A program made the position numbers and the translations under genes. A stretch of 63,094 bases of DNA, filler included, from Craspedostauros australis (lineage: Eukaryota): the NCBI GenBank assembly GCA_030167865.1. It is 9 parts of 9 records of this genome, joined end to end, with 100 filler letters (N's around TTAATTAATTAA, not from the genome) between each part and the next. Parts side by side here need not be neighbours in the genome. Positions count along the whole stretch, not along the records: positions 29,655 to 35,334 come from JALAGF010001292.1; positions 35,435 to 36,545 come from JALAGF010001295.1; positions 36,646 to 38,940 come from JALAGF010001296.1; positions 39,041 to 40,411 come from JALAGF010001297.1; positions 40,512 to 63,094 come from JALAGF010001298.1; 4 more parts are not named here. One strand, 5' to 3'. Numbering within the stretch: position 1 is the first letter of the stretch; every line of letters begins with the position of its first letter. The notes beneath the pieces were generated by a model. That model made no database searches. It was not told where the DNA came from and saw only the letters and a program-made list of their open reading frames with translations. Below are positions 32,671 through 44,427 of this stretch, piece after piece.

Positions 32671-35307
32671 TTACCTCACTTCGTTTAAGTTTTTCATGGC
32701 AAGCTGGAATACTTCAGATGAAAAATGGATGGAGGATGGGTTGGCATTGGAACAACCTGACTGCCTGGCATTGCAGGCCCCTTCGGTCACAAATATCAAA
32801 CCATCGCTTGGTGAGGTCGTACAATAACCTGGATATGTGCAGCATCTATCATTGCATGCTTCTCTCACCTCACTTGCGCTGCCTGAGAACAGGAGCCCAC
32901 CGTTGGCCACTGTTGCCAACGCTATAGCAGAAAAAAATGAGTTACTCGCGATTTCGATGAAGCCGTCCTGAGCAGACTCGAGATCAGTAGTCCCAGGAGA
33001 GGGACCACCATTGCACCCGAAGATGCTCCTGAGCATGAGGCTTGCTTTTGGATCCAAGGCCTCAACTGCAGCAACAAAGTCTGCGCACGGACCTTGAATA
33101 GTCGGACATGTGACCATTCCAGGAACTTCATGGAACGTTGAATCCGCATCTCCAGGAGTTGCAAGACAGCCAACCTTCAGTGCAGGTAGGGTTGTTGGCA
33201 TTGATGATGGTACGCCAGACGGAGAATTGGATGGTGACCTGGATGGTGAGATGGATGGTGGCTTGGACGGTATCTCGGATGGTGGATTGGATGGTGACCT
33301 GGATGGTGGGATGGATGGTAGACTGGATGGTGGATTGGACGGTATCTCGGATGGTGGATTGGATGGTGACCTGGATGGTAGACTGGACGGTGAATCGGAT
33401 GGTGGGCTGGATGGTAGACTGGACGGTATCTCGGACGGTGGGTTGGATGGTGACCTGGATGGTGGATTGGACGGCATCTCGGACGGTGTATCGGACGGTG
33501 GGATGGATGGTGGATTGGACGGCATCTCGGACGGTGGATTGGATGGTGGATTGGACGGTGTCTCAGATGGTCCATTTGACGGAATTCGTGACGGACCCTC
33601 TGACGGCGATGAGCTCGGGATATCCGATGGGATGGCAGAGGGAGTCTTTGAGGGCATCTCAGACGGTGAGTCTGAGGGATCTTGAGAGATGGTGGGAATA
33701 GGCGTTGGAAAGAAAGTTGGACAATCTGTGGGCAAGGTGTCCTTGGCAACGCAGTAATCTTCCATCTTATCACCGGTGGGATTGTAATTGCTTCCGCTTC
33801 CGCCATGTGGACAGGCCGCACCAGCATCACTGATGAAGTAGACTTCATCATAGCTGCACTCCTTCTTCGTCATGCATCCCCTGCAGCTGAGAGCGTCAGC
33901 ACATTCACCAGCAGGAACAATGATGTCTGTTTTCATCAGATCGTTGAAGCCCATCTTCTCGCAGGAGCGGTCAGCGGGACAACCACCATCCCCAATTGTC
34001 AAGCTTCCTCCAGTCTTTCCCGCAGTGCCATGATTCACCGTCGAGTGGGCGTCCTTGCAGGCGTTGCTGCCAACGCAGGCATTCGATCCGATGTTGATGT
34101 GGCTGCGGAAGCGAAATGATGGTGCCTTCTGCACAACTCGGCGTCCAGCTGCATTGCATGCTTCTGATCCAATGCATGCACCGGTCTGGATGATCACATC
34201 GCCATGAGAGCGACGCCCCACTCCCTCGCAAGATCTAGGGCTGGTGCATGCCATCTCACCAACGAAGGTGACTCCTGTGATGGATGGGTTGATTTCGTTT
34301 TCGTTCATCAACTCGCATGCGCTCGCGCCATTGCAAGAAGAGTCCATGATGAGAGCATTGGGTCCCATGTCCTTGCATGCGCTGTCGCCGACACATGCTG
34401 TGATGGCGACGGTCATGAATGGTGGAAAGTCGGATGCAGAACCAGTGACGGAGGTGCATCCCGAGGATCCTTGGCAGCATGGATTGGCGACGGAAGGTGA
34501 CTGCATTGTGGCGATGTCCATGCAGGCCGCTTTCATCGCACCCGGTCGCTCCGTGACGAGCACAGTCTTGGTGGCAGCAATGAGCGTCAATTGCTCAGCG
34601 AGCACGTCATCTGACGCGTACTTGCTGAATAGCTTGCGCGCCGCCCCTTCGCCGAGATCTCCTGCGCATGCGAAGAAGTTCTGCAATGCCATAGATCCCT
34701 TGACGGCGGCCACGGCCTCACGGCAGGATGGCTTGGCGGAGTTGCATATGATGGTTTTGGCGCTTTGCTCTTCTGTTGTGAGATAGGTAGTGCCATCCGG
34801 CTTGCAGACAACGGAGATGGTGGAATCGAAGGGGGCTGGAGCAACCGATGGCATGGAGGCGCGCAGAGGAGTTGGCTGGGAGGTTGGCTGCGAAGTCGGC
34901 TGCGAAGTCGGCGAAGAGGTTGGTTGGGTGACATGCGGCATTGAGGGCATCTCAGTTGGAGGACCCGTTGGCGGTCCGGTCACTTCATCTGTGGGAGATG
35001 AGGTAGGGGGACCGGTGGAGTCGGTGGTCGTCGGAGCGGCGGTTGGTGGCACAGTCGGTAATGCGGTTGGCGCAGAGGTTTCCATGTCATCTGGGTCGTT
35101 GATAGCAGGTACCTCGTTGAAACCCTTGTTGCTTTTGGCTGCCTTCGCGGCGTCGACGCCACCCTTGAGGATGCGGGTCTTCTTCATCATGCCGTGAAGT
35201 TCTTCGGATGGATCCAAGAGAGTCCTGCTGCCTCGGAGCACGGCGTTGGTCGTTGCCATATTGGCGAGGGCGAGGAAAGCCACGAATGCTGCCTTGGTGT
35301 TGAACAT
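32671..35307 (-). CDS. Secreted Pro/Ser/Thr-repeat, Cys-rich extracellular protein (878 aa)
   Basis: Signal peptide; RTL and RIL motifs; PTxx block; repeated (S/A)CxGxxAC units; long PSxx block; duplicated ~105-aa Cys domain. Confidence 0.9.
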   Translation of the reverse strand: MFNTKAAFVAFLALANMATTNAVLRGSRTLLDPSEELHGMMKKTRILKGGVDAAKAAKSNKGFNEVPAINDPDDMETSAPTALPTVPPTAAPTTTDSTGPPTSSPTDEVTGPPTGPPTEMPSMPHVTQPTSSPTSQPTSQPTSQPTPLRASMPSVAPAPFDSTISVVCKPDGTTYLTTEEQSAKTIICNSAKPSCREAVAAVKGSMALQNFFACAGDLGEGAARKLFSKYASDDVLAEQLTLIAATKTVLVTERPGAMKAACMDIATMQSPSVANPCCQGSSGCTSVTGSASDFPPFMTVAITACVGDSACKDMGPNALIMDSSCNGASACELMNENEINPSITGVTFVGEMACTSPRSCEGVGRRSHGDVIIQTGACIGSEACNAAGRRVVQKAPSFRFRSHINIGSNACVGSNACKDAHSTVNHGTAGKTGGSLTIGDGGCPADRSCEKMGFNDLMKTDIIVPAGECADALSCRGCMTKKECSYDEVYFISDAGAACPHGGSGSNYNPTGDKMEDYCVAKDTLPTDCPTFFPTPIPTISQDPSDSPSEMPSKTPSAIPSDIPSSSPSEGPSRIPSNGPSETPSNPPSNPPSEMPSNPPSIPPSDTPSEMPSNPPSRSPSNPPSEIPSSLPSSPPSDSPSSLPSRSPSNPPSEIPSNPPSSLPSIPPSRSPSNPPSEIPSKPPSISPSRSPSNSPSGVPSSMPTTLPALKVGCLATPGDADSTFHEVPGMVTCPTIQGPCADFVAAVEALDPKASLMLRSIFGCNGGPSPGTTDLESAQDGFIEIASNSFFSAIALATVANGGLLFSGSASEVREACNDRCCTYPGYCTTSPSDGLIFVTEGACNARQSGCSNANPSSIHFSSEVFQLAMKNLNEVR

Positions 35308-35434
35308 CTTTGCTGTTGTCGTTGTTGTCGTTGTNNNNNNNNNNNNNNNNNNNNNNNNNNNNNNNNNNNNNNNNNNNNTTAATTAATTAANNNNNNNNNN
35401 NNNNNNNNNNNNNNNNNNNNNNNNNNNNNNNNNN

Positions 35435-36545
35435 CTCGATGTTGATCTCTCCCTCTCTTCCTTGGACCTTCCACCTGCCATTCACATACTGCAGCTCGCC
35501 TGGATACATTCTTTCGAATACAGAGGTGCTGATGATCTTGGCGTTGCTTCTTGGCACATAGTATGCCGGGAATTTGAGACGGCGAATGTTTCCTCTCGTG
35601 TCTTGNATGCCCCATTCCACGGTTCCCACCAAGTGGTCAGATCGTCCTCCAAACAGCCCTGTCAGTTTCTTGGCTTGGTTTCCAATTGGCCTTCTGGGTT
35701 CGGAGACGAAGTTGGACTTGTCATGTGAGATACAGACGGTGGATCCGCTGTCCCAAATGACATCACATATCATCTTGGCTGGAAGGACGTTGGCGAGCTC
35801 GTCTGAGCTGTGACGGACAGCCGAGAAACTCGTGATAGAGGATGGTCCATCGTGTTTGCACACAGAATTTGACAGAGGCGCGTCCTCAGGCTTGAAGTAG
35901 GTGCTGAGGATCTGGGCCAGTCTGCTAGTTTGTTTCTCGGTGAGTCGCTGTCGCTGAGCATGAGCTTCAAATACCATCATTTGCTGATGCTGATTGCGAT
36001 GTTTCTTCTTGGATGGTCCTTGCACTTCATGTCGACGAATAGGGACGGCTCTGGTTCCGAACCTGGCACCATGGCTGATGGAATTGGCTCTTGGCCGTGG
36101 GTTGGAGAAATCCGTGCTTCTGAATCTGTGCTTGTTCGGGTTGTTCTCAAGACCGATCACACGATGACTGCGTCGCCTCAACCCAGCTGCTCTTGCTCTG
36201 GGATGCANGTTGGTTGATGCATGCATTGCAGATACTGGAGGGTCGAAGCGAGAGCGGTGGTGGCNGAGACGAATCGGAGCACGACGATGAAAGTTGATCC
36301 AATCCTTGGGTTGGGCTCGGTCACGACGGCGATCTTTCTTTTCCCAATAGGCTTCGCAGCGGCGTTGCCAACGAGGCTTGGGAACTGGACCATCAGGGTG
36401 GCGAGGCATGTCATGGTGCTTGCGTGCCAGGTATGTTGCAGTGACCATCCATGCTGCAATTGAGGCTGTCTCCCACCCATGCATGACTGCAAAGATGAGG
36501 ACCTGGATGAGCAGTGGAATGAAAAGAGGAAAGGCACCAAAGAGG
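35435..36545 (-). mobile_element. Copia (CoDi-type) pre-protease/protease fragment
   Basis: VIWDSGSTVCISHDKSNFV, GTVEW..QDTRG and PAYYVPRSNAKIIS; isolated small contig. Confidence 0.75.
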
Positions 36546-37504
36546 NNNNNNNNNNNNNNNNNNNNNNNNNNNNNNNNNNNNNNNNNNNNTTAATTAATTA
36601 ANNNNNNNNNNNNNNNNNNNNNNNNNNNNNNNNNNNNNNNNNNNNACACAGAGATCGTGCCTGCACAACACACAACAGCAGATGAGGAGGAAATCGCGCT
36701 GCAACAAGAAGAAAACGAAGCATCGGAGCAAATTGCGTGCGAGACACAAACAATGGAGGAGAATACGGAATCTCCGGAGTTGGTGGAACAAAATGTGAGA
36801 ACACAATTGTTGCGGCGAGTCAGAGCTGCAATGGAGGCAAGTTATTACACACATGAAACCCAATTAAGATGAAAAGGGGTAAAGATGCAGATTATGAGTC
36901 TTATCGATGTCGTACGAGTCTGTGCAACTGCTTCACTGCTGGATCGTCCTTGATTGGTGCACGTGTTCACAACGTAACGCCAATTCAACGGTTTCACACG
37001 TATCACGGATTGGAGGGACTAAGAAAATAAATTAGCACTGCAATTGACATCGACAATTCTTCTTTTGGCGATACGAATCAAGGCACCAAGACACCGAATC
37101 TGGCCGTAGTGCGCTAGTCGTGTCTAGATGAGGGCGAAATCGATGGGTCCATAAAACTTAAAATAAACCATTAAAGCAAAATCGGCGTCCACAACGATTC
37201 TTATATTTTTCTCTAGTTTATGAATATGTGGGTGGTTTGGTTGAAATCCCCGTAAGTTGCCACCCCTCCAGGACCGACTGCAGGTCCCGTCACACAACCG
37301 GGTCTTATGCTTCCCAAGCCACAGGTGTGTGGCTTGTGTTTTCTGTCGCCATGTTCTCCTGCCTTGTCTCGTTTTGCGCCATCCGTATCGGTTTCGGTTT
37401 GTGTTTCGTCCTCTCCCCGCGTTTCGTGTTTCCGCACGTGCACCACAGAACATGGCACCATGCAGCCCAATGCAACACAACACCACACAAAATCACACAC
37501 CCAC

Positions 37505-37745
37505 AAAATCGCACAACATCACACGACATCACATACCATCCATCACACACCATCACACGACATCACATACCATCCATCACACACCATCACACGACATCAC
37601 ATACCATCCATCACACACCATCACATACCGCAACTCGACGCAACGCACCATCACACACCGCAACTCGACGCAACGCAACGGAACGCAACTCCACTCAACA
37701 CACCATCACACACCGTCACATCACACTGCATCACACAACATCACA
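37505..37745 (+). repeat. CATCACA-based compound minisatellite including ~3 x 34-bp units
   Basis: CATCACACGACATCACATACCATCCATCACACAC repeated. Confidence 0.85.
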
Positions 37746-37797
37746 TACGAGCTGCAAATCGCAGTTGATGCACTCACGATAACACTAGTTGTAGAGT
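37744..37797 (+). mobile_element. DNA transposon terminal repeat, second copy, element extending rightwards
   Basis: CATACGAGCTGCAAATCGCAGTTGATGCACTCACGATAACACTAGTTGTAGAGT; matches the reverse complement of 9910-9963. Confidence 0.6.
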
Positions 37798-38424
37798 TTT
37801 GGCCCCTTTTTGCCACTGGTTTGCTTGCTTTTGGGAGAAACGGCGATTGGGTATTTAGAGCTATTGTGTGTTTGCTCTCGCTGATCCGTCTTCTACGTCA
37901 CAGGGAACGTATTCCACGTCATGAAAAACGAGTCACAACAGAGGAAGAGACATCGTGTGACTCTTCCTCCAAAAGACAAGATGATGACTGCGCGCGGCAA
38001 CAACAGAATGTGCCATGCCAGGACAGCCAACAACACTCCACGTTGACCAGTCTCACAATGGAAACCAGCAACAGCCAATCGTCTCGGAATACGACGAAGC
38101 GCATTGACGAGCTTTCCGATGCAGATGACAGTGCTTCGCCAATCACCACGACATCGTCTTCACCTTGGCTGCCAATCCTGTGAATGATACATGCACAGCT
38201 CACCCAATCCACATTCTTGCCACTGTTGCGGTTTCCATGTTTCTTCTCCTGTCTTGTGGTGCGCACATGATCAACGTGGTACGGTATGCATCCTGCGCAA
38301 CCGTGCAGCACGATCCTCCTGCAAGAACGCTGAAGCGAGAAGGACGAAATCAACACATCCAAAAGTACCGATAAAGTCACGAGTGAGAAGGAGTCTTGAA
38401 GCAAAGATCACACGGCAACCGAAG

Positions 38425-38940
38425 ATGCTCAAGTTCAAGGCAGCGACCATCACGGCGATCTTGCTCGCCGAATGCAAGACGATCGATGCCATCCTTCGCG
38501 GCCGTAGATTGGTTGACCCAACCGACGAACTTCATGTCGCGATGCAGGCAACCAGACTGCTGAAGGGCGACGGCGGTTTCACCCCAAAGAACTTCAAGGG
38601 CAACAAACAGACGGGAGCACCCTCCACCAATCCGAGCAGCAATCCCAGCGTGGCACCAACCAGTTCGCCTACCAGCTCTCCCACATCGGCACCAACTGCG
38701 TCGACCGGAATCCCGACGAGCACACCGACTTCTGCACCAACCTCGCCACCAACTGGGGCACCAACTTCGAGGCCAACCGGGCAGCCAGTTGCCTCGGCGA
38801 CCAGCAATCCAACCTCGTCACCGACCAACAAGCCAACAAGCAGACCAACCAGCAGACCAACTTCCATGCCGACCTCGGGGCCTACATCTGCACCAACGAC
38901 CATCTCGTTTGCATTTGATTCCAGCATCTCCGTGGCCTGC
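38425..38940 (+). CDS. Paralogue of the 878-aa secreted protein, 5' part truncated by a gap
   Basis: AILRGRRLVDPTDELH..TRLLKG vs AVLRGSRTLLDPSEELH..TRILKG; PTSx repeats; FDSSISVAC vs FDSTISVVC. Confidence 0.85.
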
Positions 38941-39040
38941 NNNNNNNNNNNNNNNNNNNNNNNNNNNNNNNNNNNNNNNNNNNNTTAATTAATTAANNNN
39001 NNNNNNNNNNNNNNNNNNNNNNNNNNNNNNNNNNNNNNNN

Positions 39041-40411
39041 GTTGCGCGGATCGGGCTTTGGATAAATGACGCTCTCCGTGATGTGTGTCTGCGGCGAGAC
39101 CAAAGCGTTGCGGACTGTCACACCCGGCGCGCAGGTCGTCAGCATCCCGATGCTGCTGTCCTCGATCGTGACTCTCTTGTATTCGTCGTTTTCCTCGATG
39201 TGGAAGGTGACGACGGATACGAACGATCGTCGGATGGTGATGAGGTCGACTCCGGACGGATCGAAGCTGTCCCTGAAGATCTTTGATCGCAGATCGATGT
39301 CCAATCCATGAGCCATGTGGATCAGGTTCCAAATGATCGAATTGGTGGTCAGTCCGTCGAGCATCATGCATGCTCGGTCGAAGTGATAATCGCATGCCCA
39401 GTCTGCAAATTCACTCCAGATACCGGTCCTCGCTTGGCCCGGTCTCTTCTTGCCGATCATCACCCACTTGAGTATGATGCTGGATATCACTAGCAGCACT
39501 GATGACAGACCAATGGATACAACCCAATATTGCAGTTTGGAGTATCTCCAGTCTCGGAGGTCATCGCGGACCAAGATATCGGAAATGAGGAAGCAGCAGA
39601 AGGTCATGTACAGCTCGACGAGCAGCCATGCTATCTTCATGCTACCCAGGATGGCCCATCTGGTATCGTTGTCGTTCGGCGTTACGCTTCCGGCAATGTC
39701 TGCAGCTGTGCTCTCATCTGCTTGTTGCGGATCGTCGATGTCATTGTCATTGTCGCCATCGTCGCTGTCGTCAGCGCTGATACTGATGCTGCTACGTGAC
39801 GCTGCCGTGCTTTCGACATATCCAGGATTGCCCCGGATACCGGTGTTGGGCGGTGCTTGGGCACCCTCCACCAGCACAGAAACGTGCTGCACGTAGCAGT
39901 TGGAACCGACCTTGACGCCTGGACTGATAATGCCCTTGATCGTCGCATTCGATCCCACCTGGATCTTGCGGAACCGCAAGCTGGGCCCTTCTTCGTCTTT
40001 CCATGGTCCAAACATTCGACAACGGATCGGTTTGCTCACCAAGGCATTGGCGTCAACCTTCGCCAGATCGAACTCCCGAATGAAGGAATCGATGTTGCAG
40101 GACCGGTGGACATCTGCACCCATGAAGAAGCAGAACGCTGTCATCAATGGTGTGCCCGCGATGAAGCGTCCGACGAAGCTTTCCCACATATCCACGAGTC
40201 GGTCCACGAACCACCATCGAAGATAGTAGGAGTACGCGAGGTTGGTGTATCCCTCTTGGTACCTGCCAATGATGATCCACTTCGACAGGATGACCTCCAG
40301 CGTGAGCGTGAACAGCCAGAATGGGACGACCAGCGGGTAGCACATCCAGATGAAAGGCGACGAATCGATGAAGAAGACAACGCGGGTGCGATTGTCGTTG
40401 GCCAGGACTTT
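39041..40411 (-). CDS. Partial NRPS-like membrane protein: Pls/PosA-type C-terminal TM plus beta-helix repeats
   Basis: Frame open from gap to gap; KWIIIGRYQEGYTNLAYSYYLRWWFVDRL, FMGADV, IQVGSNATI..PGVKVGSN hexapeptide repeats, then two TM helices and a second unit KWVMIGKKRPG. Confidence 0.8.
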
Positions 40412-40511
40412 NNNNNNNNNNNNNNNNNNNNNNNNNNNNNNNNNNNNNNNNNNNNTTAATTAATTAANNNNNNNNNNNNNNNNNNNNNNNNNNNNNNNNN
40501 NNNNNNNNNNN

Positions 40512-40671
40512 TAGGGCATCTTTTCAAAACGTGCTCTAAATAGGGCACCTTTTCAAAACGTGCTCTAAATAGGGCATCTTTTCAAAACGTGCCCTAAATA
40601 GGGCATCTTTTCAAAACGTGCTCTAAATAGGGCACCTTTTCAACACGTGCCCTAAATTAGGGCACGTTTTG
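40512..40671. repeat. 29-bp palindromic tandem repeat (at least 5 copies plus an inverted partial), running into a gap
   Basis: TAGGGCAYCTTTTCAAAACGTGCYCTAAA at 40512, 40541, 40570, 40599 and 40628, then TTAGGGCACGTTTTG. Confidence 0.95.
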
Positions 40672-43600
40672 TTTCGCTGCAGCTGAGAGACATTTCAATC
40701 ACGGATTGAAACTAAAAACTGTCGGAGACGACATCCAAACCGCGACTAAATAACTCGCATTCATGGCTGCAAATGTCCGTAAAAGCAATTGTGTTGTTGT
40801 CCGTTAGTCCGATAGTCCGTTTTACCGGAAGCCCCTGGTCCACAAACAACCATACCACGAACGACGTTGCTTCTGCGGTGGTCGTGATCTCGAACCAGCC
40901 ACCAAGTCGCTCCTCTCTTCCTGGTTCCTCTTGAACAAGTTCACCCAGCAACTCGGAGCGTGTTTGGCTCTGCTTTTGTGCTTTTCCTGATGTGTCGAAA
41001 GAATCACCGTGTTTCGGCGAAACGCAACCGGCAGATTCGTGATTCAGCACGTCATCTGCCGAATTCATGGACTGCGAAATAGTATCAACGGTTATCTCTT
41101 CCAGTCTGTGACGCAGAAAGCCTGTTCCATTCTATGTCCCGTACATACGTGAATCAAATTATGTCGTATGAGACACTCATTGTTCCTTCGACGAATCAGC
41201 CGATCCATTCACATCCAAGCGAATGGTTACCGTTGGACAACGATTATTGATGGAACGAAGGTTGGACGGCGAAAACTTCCGTGTTGTTGTCGGCAGAGGA
41301 CTGCAATGACGAGACAAATACTCCCTTGGCATCTTCTTCAAGGGATTCTTTCATGTGTTGCCGTGTCCATTCGGACACCAATCGCCAACAACAACTTCGC
41401 CAACCAAGTCGTGCAACATTTTCCATCGGGATCCAATTCGCCGAAGTTTGGTCGGCTTGCGTTCCATCGGATGACAAGGATGAAAACGCCGGCGCGGTGT
41501 CCACAAGAATTATTGCCGTTGGAATTGACACAACAGCACACAGACACGCGATGCTTCGTGTTGTGCAACGCGAACTCTTTGGTTCTGTGTGTCCATGTGA
41601 ACAATACGCGTGCGTACTTGTGATCTTGCAGGCGGCAGAATGACGTGAAGGTCACCCAACCTACACGATTTGCAACACGATTTGCCGCACTATTTTCTGT
41701 ATTGTTGAGTACTTCACTACACAGAACTGCATTGTACCGTTTGTACTTGAGAGGTTCGTCTCTGTTCTTTCAATCTGCAACGGAGAAGCAAAGAGGAACA
41801 CGACGGGGCCAATGCCTGGTCTTGATTTCTCGGTGGTCGGATTTGACCATGTTGTGAAGCGGTTGTTCGAACATGTGATCGGCACCGCAATTGTATCATC
41901 GCGGACTTCCAATGCAGATCGTCGCCTCCACCTTCGCTGCCACCAGCTACGAGTATCTGGAGAGCAGAGAGCGCTATTGTCTTCGCTCTGTGTCCTGGAG
42001 AGATGAACAGTTCTTGCGCAATACTACTATAATAGGCTGCTCTCTACTCGTTCATCGTAGTTTTAGTCCTCGATGGCAAGGCTGAGATTGAAAAGAGAGA
42101 GAGAGAGAGTGATGCTTTTCTGGCGATTGCTCTTGTTGGTGTTGTCCATTTGGGCTGACGGTGCCTTTGTTCATGTCACACGCATATTTGTTGGTGATGA
42201 CGATGATTCCAACAACAAAGGGCGAAGAGGCAGATCGTTGGTGTAACATCAAAGCTGCTGTCATGGTCGTTTCGACTCTTGTGTGTGCATCGGATCGTTT
42301 CTCGTCCAAGCATGCCGTAACATGTGGCATCGTTTAATATCTGATTTTGGTGATGCTTGGCGCATCGGCCTGTGCGCGAAATTGGCGAGGCCGCAAGCAG
42401 CGGTGGCTTTTCATTGGATGATGAGTGTCACGCATGGAGTCGCTCCACTCCGAACAGCTTTTCCCATCTCGGACGCCGCGGCAACAACGCGCAGTTTTCC
42501 AAACAACGGTGATCTCAACGAAAATCGTGCTCGAAACAACGACAACGACAACAACAACGTTGATGAACAACAATGAACGGCCACACAACGACAATCCGAT
42601 CGGAAAGCGCTGGTCGCCAGATGATTCGCCATGACTGCAACAAACGAAGGGCGTGCACAAACGCCAACAAAGCACTGCACGATGCCCACAGACCGCTTCC
42701 ATCTTTTTCCTCGTTGGTCTCGTCCGTCATTGTTGTGACCTCTGGTGTTGCACATCTCGACACCGATTTTCTCACAACAACAACCACCCAACACCGCACC
42801 TTGACGACAACAGGGACATCTGTGTGCTTCATCGTCAAAGACAGATGCATAATACAATACCAGAGGTAGAGAGAAACAACACAAAGTCGCAAAGAAAACA
42901 AAGTGCAAGCAATACATGCAATAGGTCGTACGAATACCATCACAGGTAGAATACACAATCAGCAACAGCATCGAGAGCATCAACAGCATCAAGAGCAGCA
43001 GTATCATCGTTCAGCAACACCGAAATCCCGCATTGAGGAACCTCTTCGCTCACTCGCCCACCCACGCGCCGATCCGTCACCGACGAATCAAATCCAAATC
43101 AAGTCATCCACCGAAAAGTCGAACTCTGCTCCTCTGCCATCCGAGATAAAAACGTAAGGCTGTTGCTGCCAACATCCCAACCCTCAGCGGAAGCGCCATT
43201 CCAACGCACGGTCTCTTGAACTTTCTTCATATCCCGCACGCCGTTCCATCGCACTCCGGAGACAGCACAAGACAGCTGATCGCATTTGTGCACGAGAGTG
43301 GATGCCCTGAAAGATACTCCTTCACAGTCCGCACCCCGCCACCGCCACCACAAATACGAGCCAAGAAAGGTAAGCAAACCAACAAACGTGCGACACTGTG
43401 CCTTTGACCGACATTGTGCGGGGCATGTGGCGCCTGTCCCATCAGTCGCAAAACTTCCACACGATCGGCGGTTCCTTCCAGTCCACTTTTATCATTTCCC
43501 GCGCAAAATTACATCAACATCATCAGCCAGACTATCATCCCATGACCTGAAAGCCAACATGAAGTGGATGCCACAAAGGCTATCGTGCGCGTCCATTCCA

Positions 43601-44182
43601 TACTTTCTCGTCTTGGTGGTGTCTCTTCTGCCATCAACCTCTGGCTTTGGCGGAAGCAAAAGAGGCTCAGTGAAGCAGAAAGTTCGCTCCCGAATCTTCC
43701 TCGGTCGTTCCCACAGCTTCACTCGATGCCTTCCTTGCATCTTGTCGGTGTCAAGAGAGAAAGAAAGCGAAGAGGCCTCGCGCGTGAGGAGGAACATCTT
43801 CCAGCCTCAACATTGACATCAACGCAGGCATCAACGTGCGACTCGCCCTGGGCGTCAGACTTATCGTGCCTGTGCGAGCAGCTCGTACCGCAGATGTGAA
43901 CATCATCACTGTGACCGAATGAGAAGGTGTGGCCTTTCTCCTTTACGATCAACACCACCATGATGTGCCGATGTTCTCACCCATTCTGCGCCCTCCCTTC
44001 TTTCTCACTTTCGCTTTCACGCTCACTTCCACGCTCACTTCCACGCTCACTTCCGCTGCGTGTCTGTCGTTTCTTGATCGCATCAGAGAAAGACAACAGC
44101 ACATAAATCAAGCAATCGAGCAATCAGTCAACATACAACAAGTACACCAACCTATCAATATCATATCATAACACTCGATATC

Positions 44183-44360
44183 ATGACGGCACCACAGCGA
44201 AGCAACTCCACGCGAGCGCTCGTGCTCGGGCTCTGCGCCATGAGCATCCTCAGCATTCCAGCCGCCGCAGTCTCTTCTGCACGGCAACGCAGACTCCGCG
44301 GTAACAGCGTAAGCCGACAAAGCAACAACAATGAAGCCTCCATGAACGAGCAGCAGCAGC

Positions 44361-44427
<67 letters not shown>

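Noticed and set aside
33110..33851. DG-rich, WM-rich and His/Pro-rich ORFs
   Set aside because: Alternative frames of the PSxx repeat block.
37228..38183. His/Thr-rich ORFs
   Set aside because: Translations of a CATCACA minisatellite and a transposon end.
9523..40467. Recurrent TTAATTAATTAA as a biological motif
   Set aside because: Always embedded in N runs; it is a six-frame-stop assembly linker.
40512..40671. CRISPR array (29-bp palindromic repeats)
   Set aside because: Units are contiguous with no spacers, no cas genes are present, and the context is eukaryotic.
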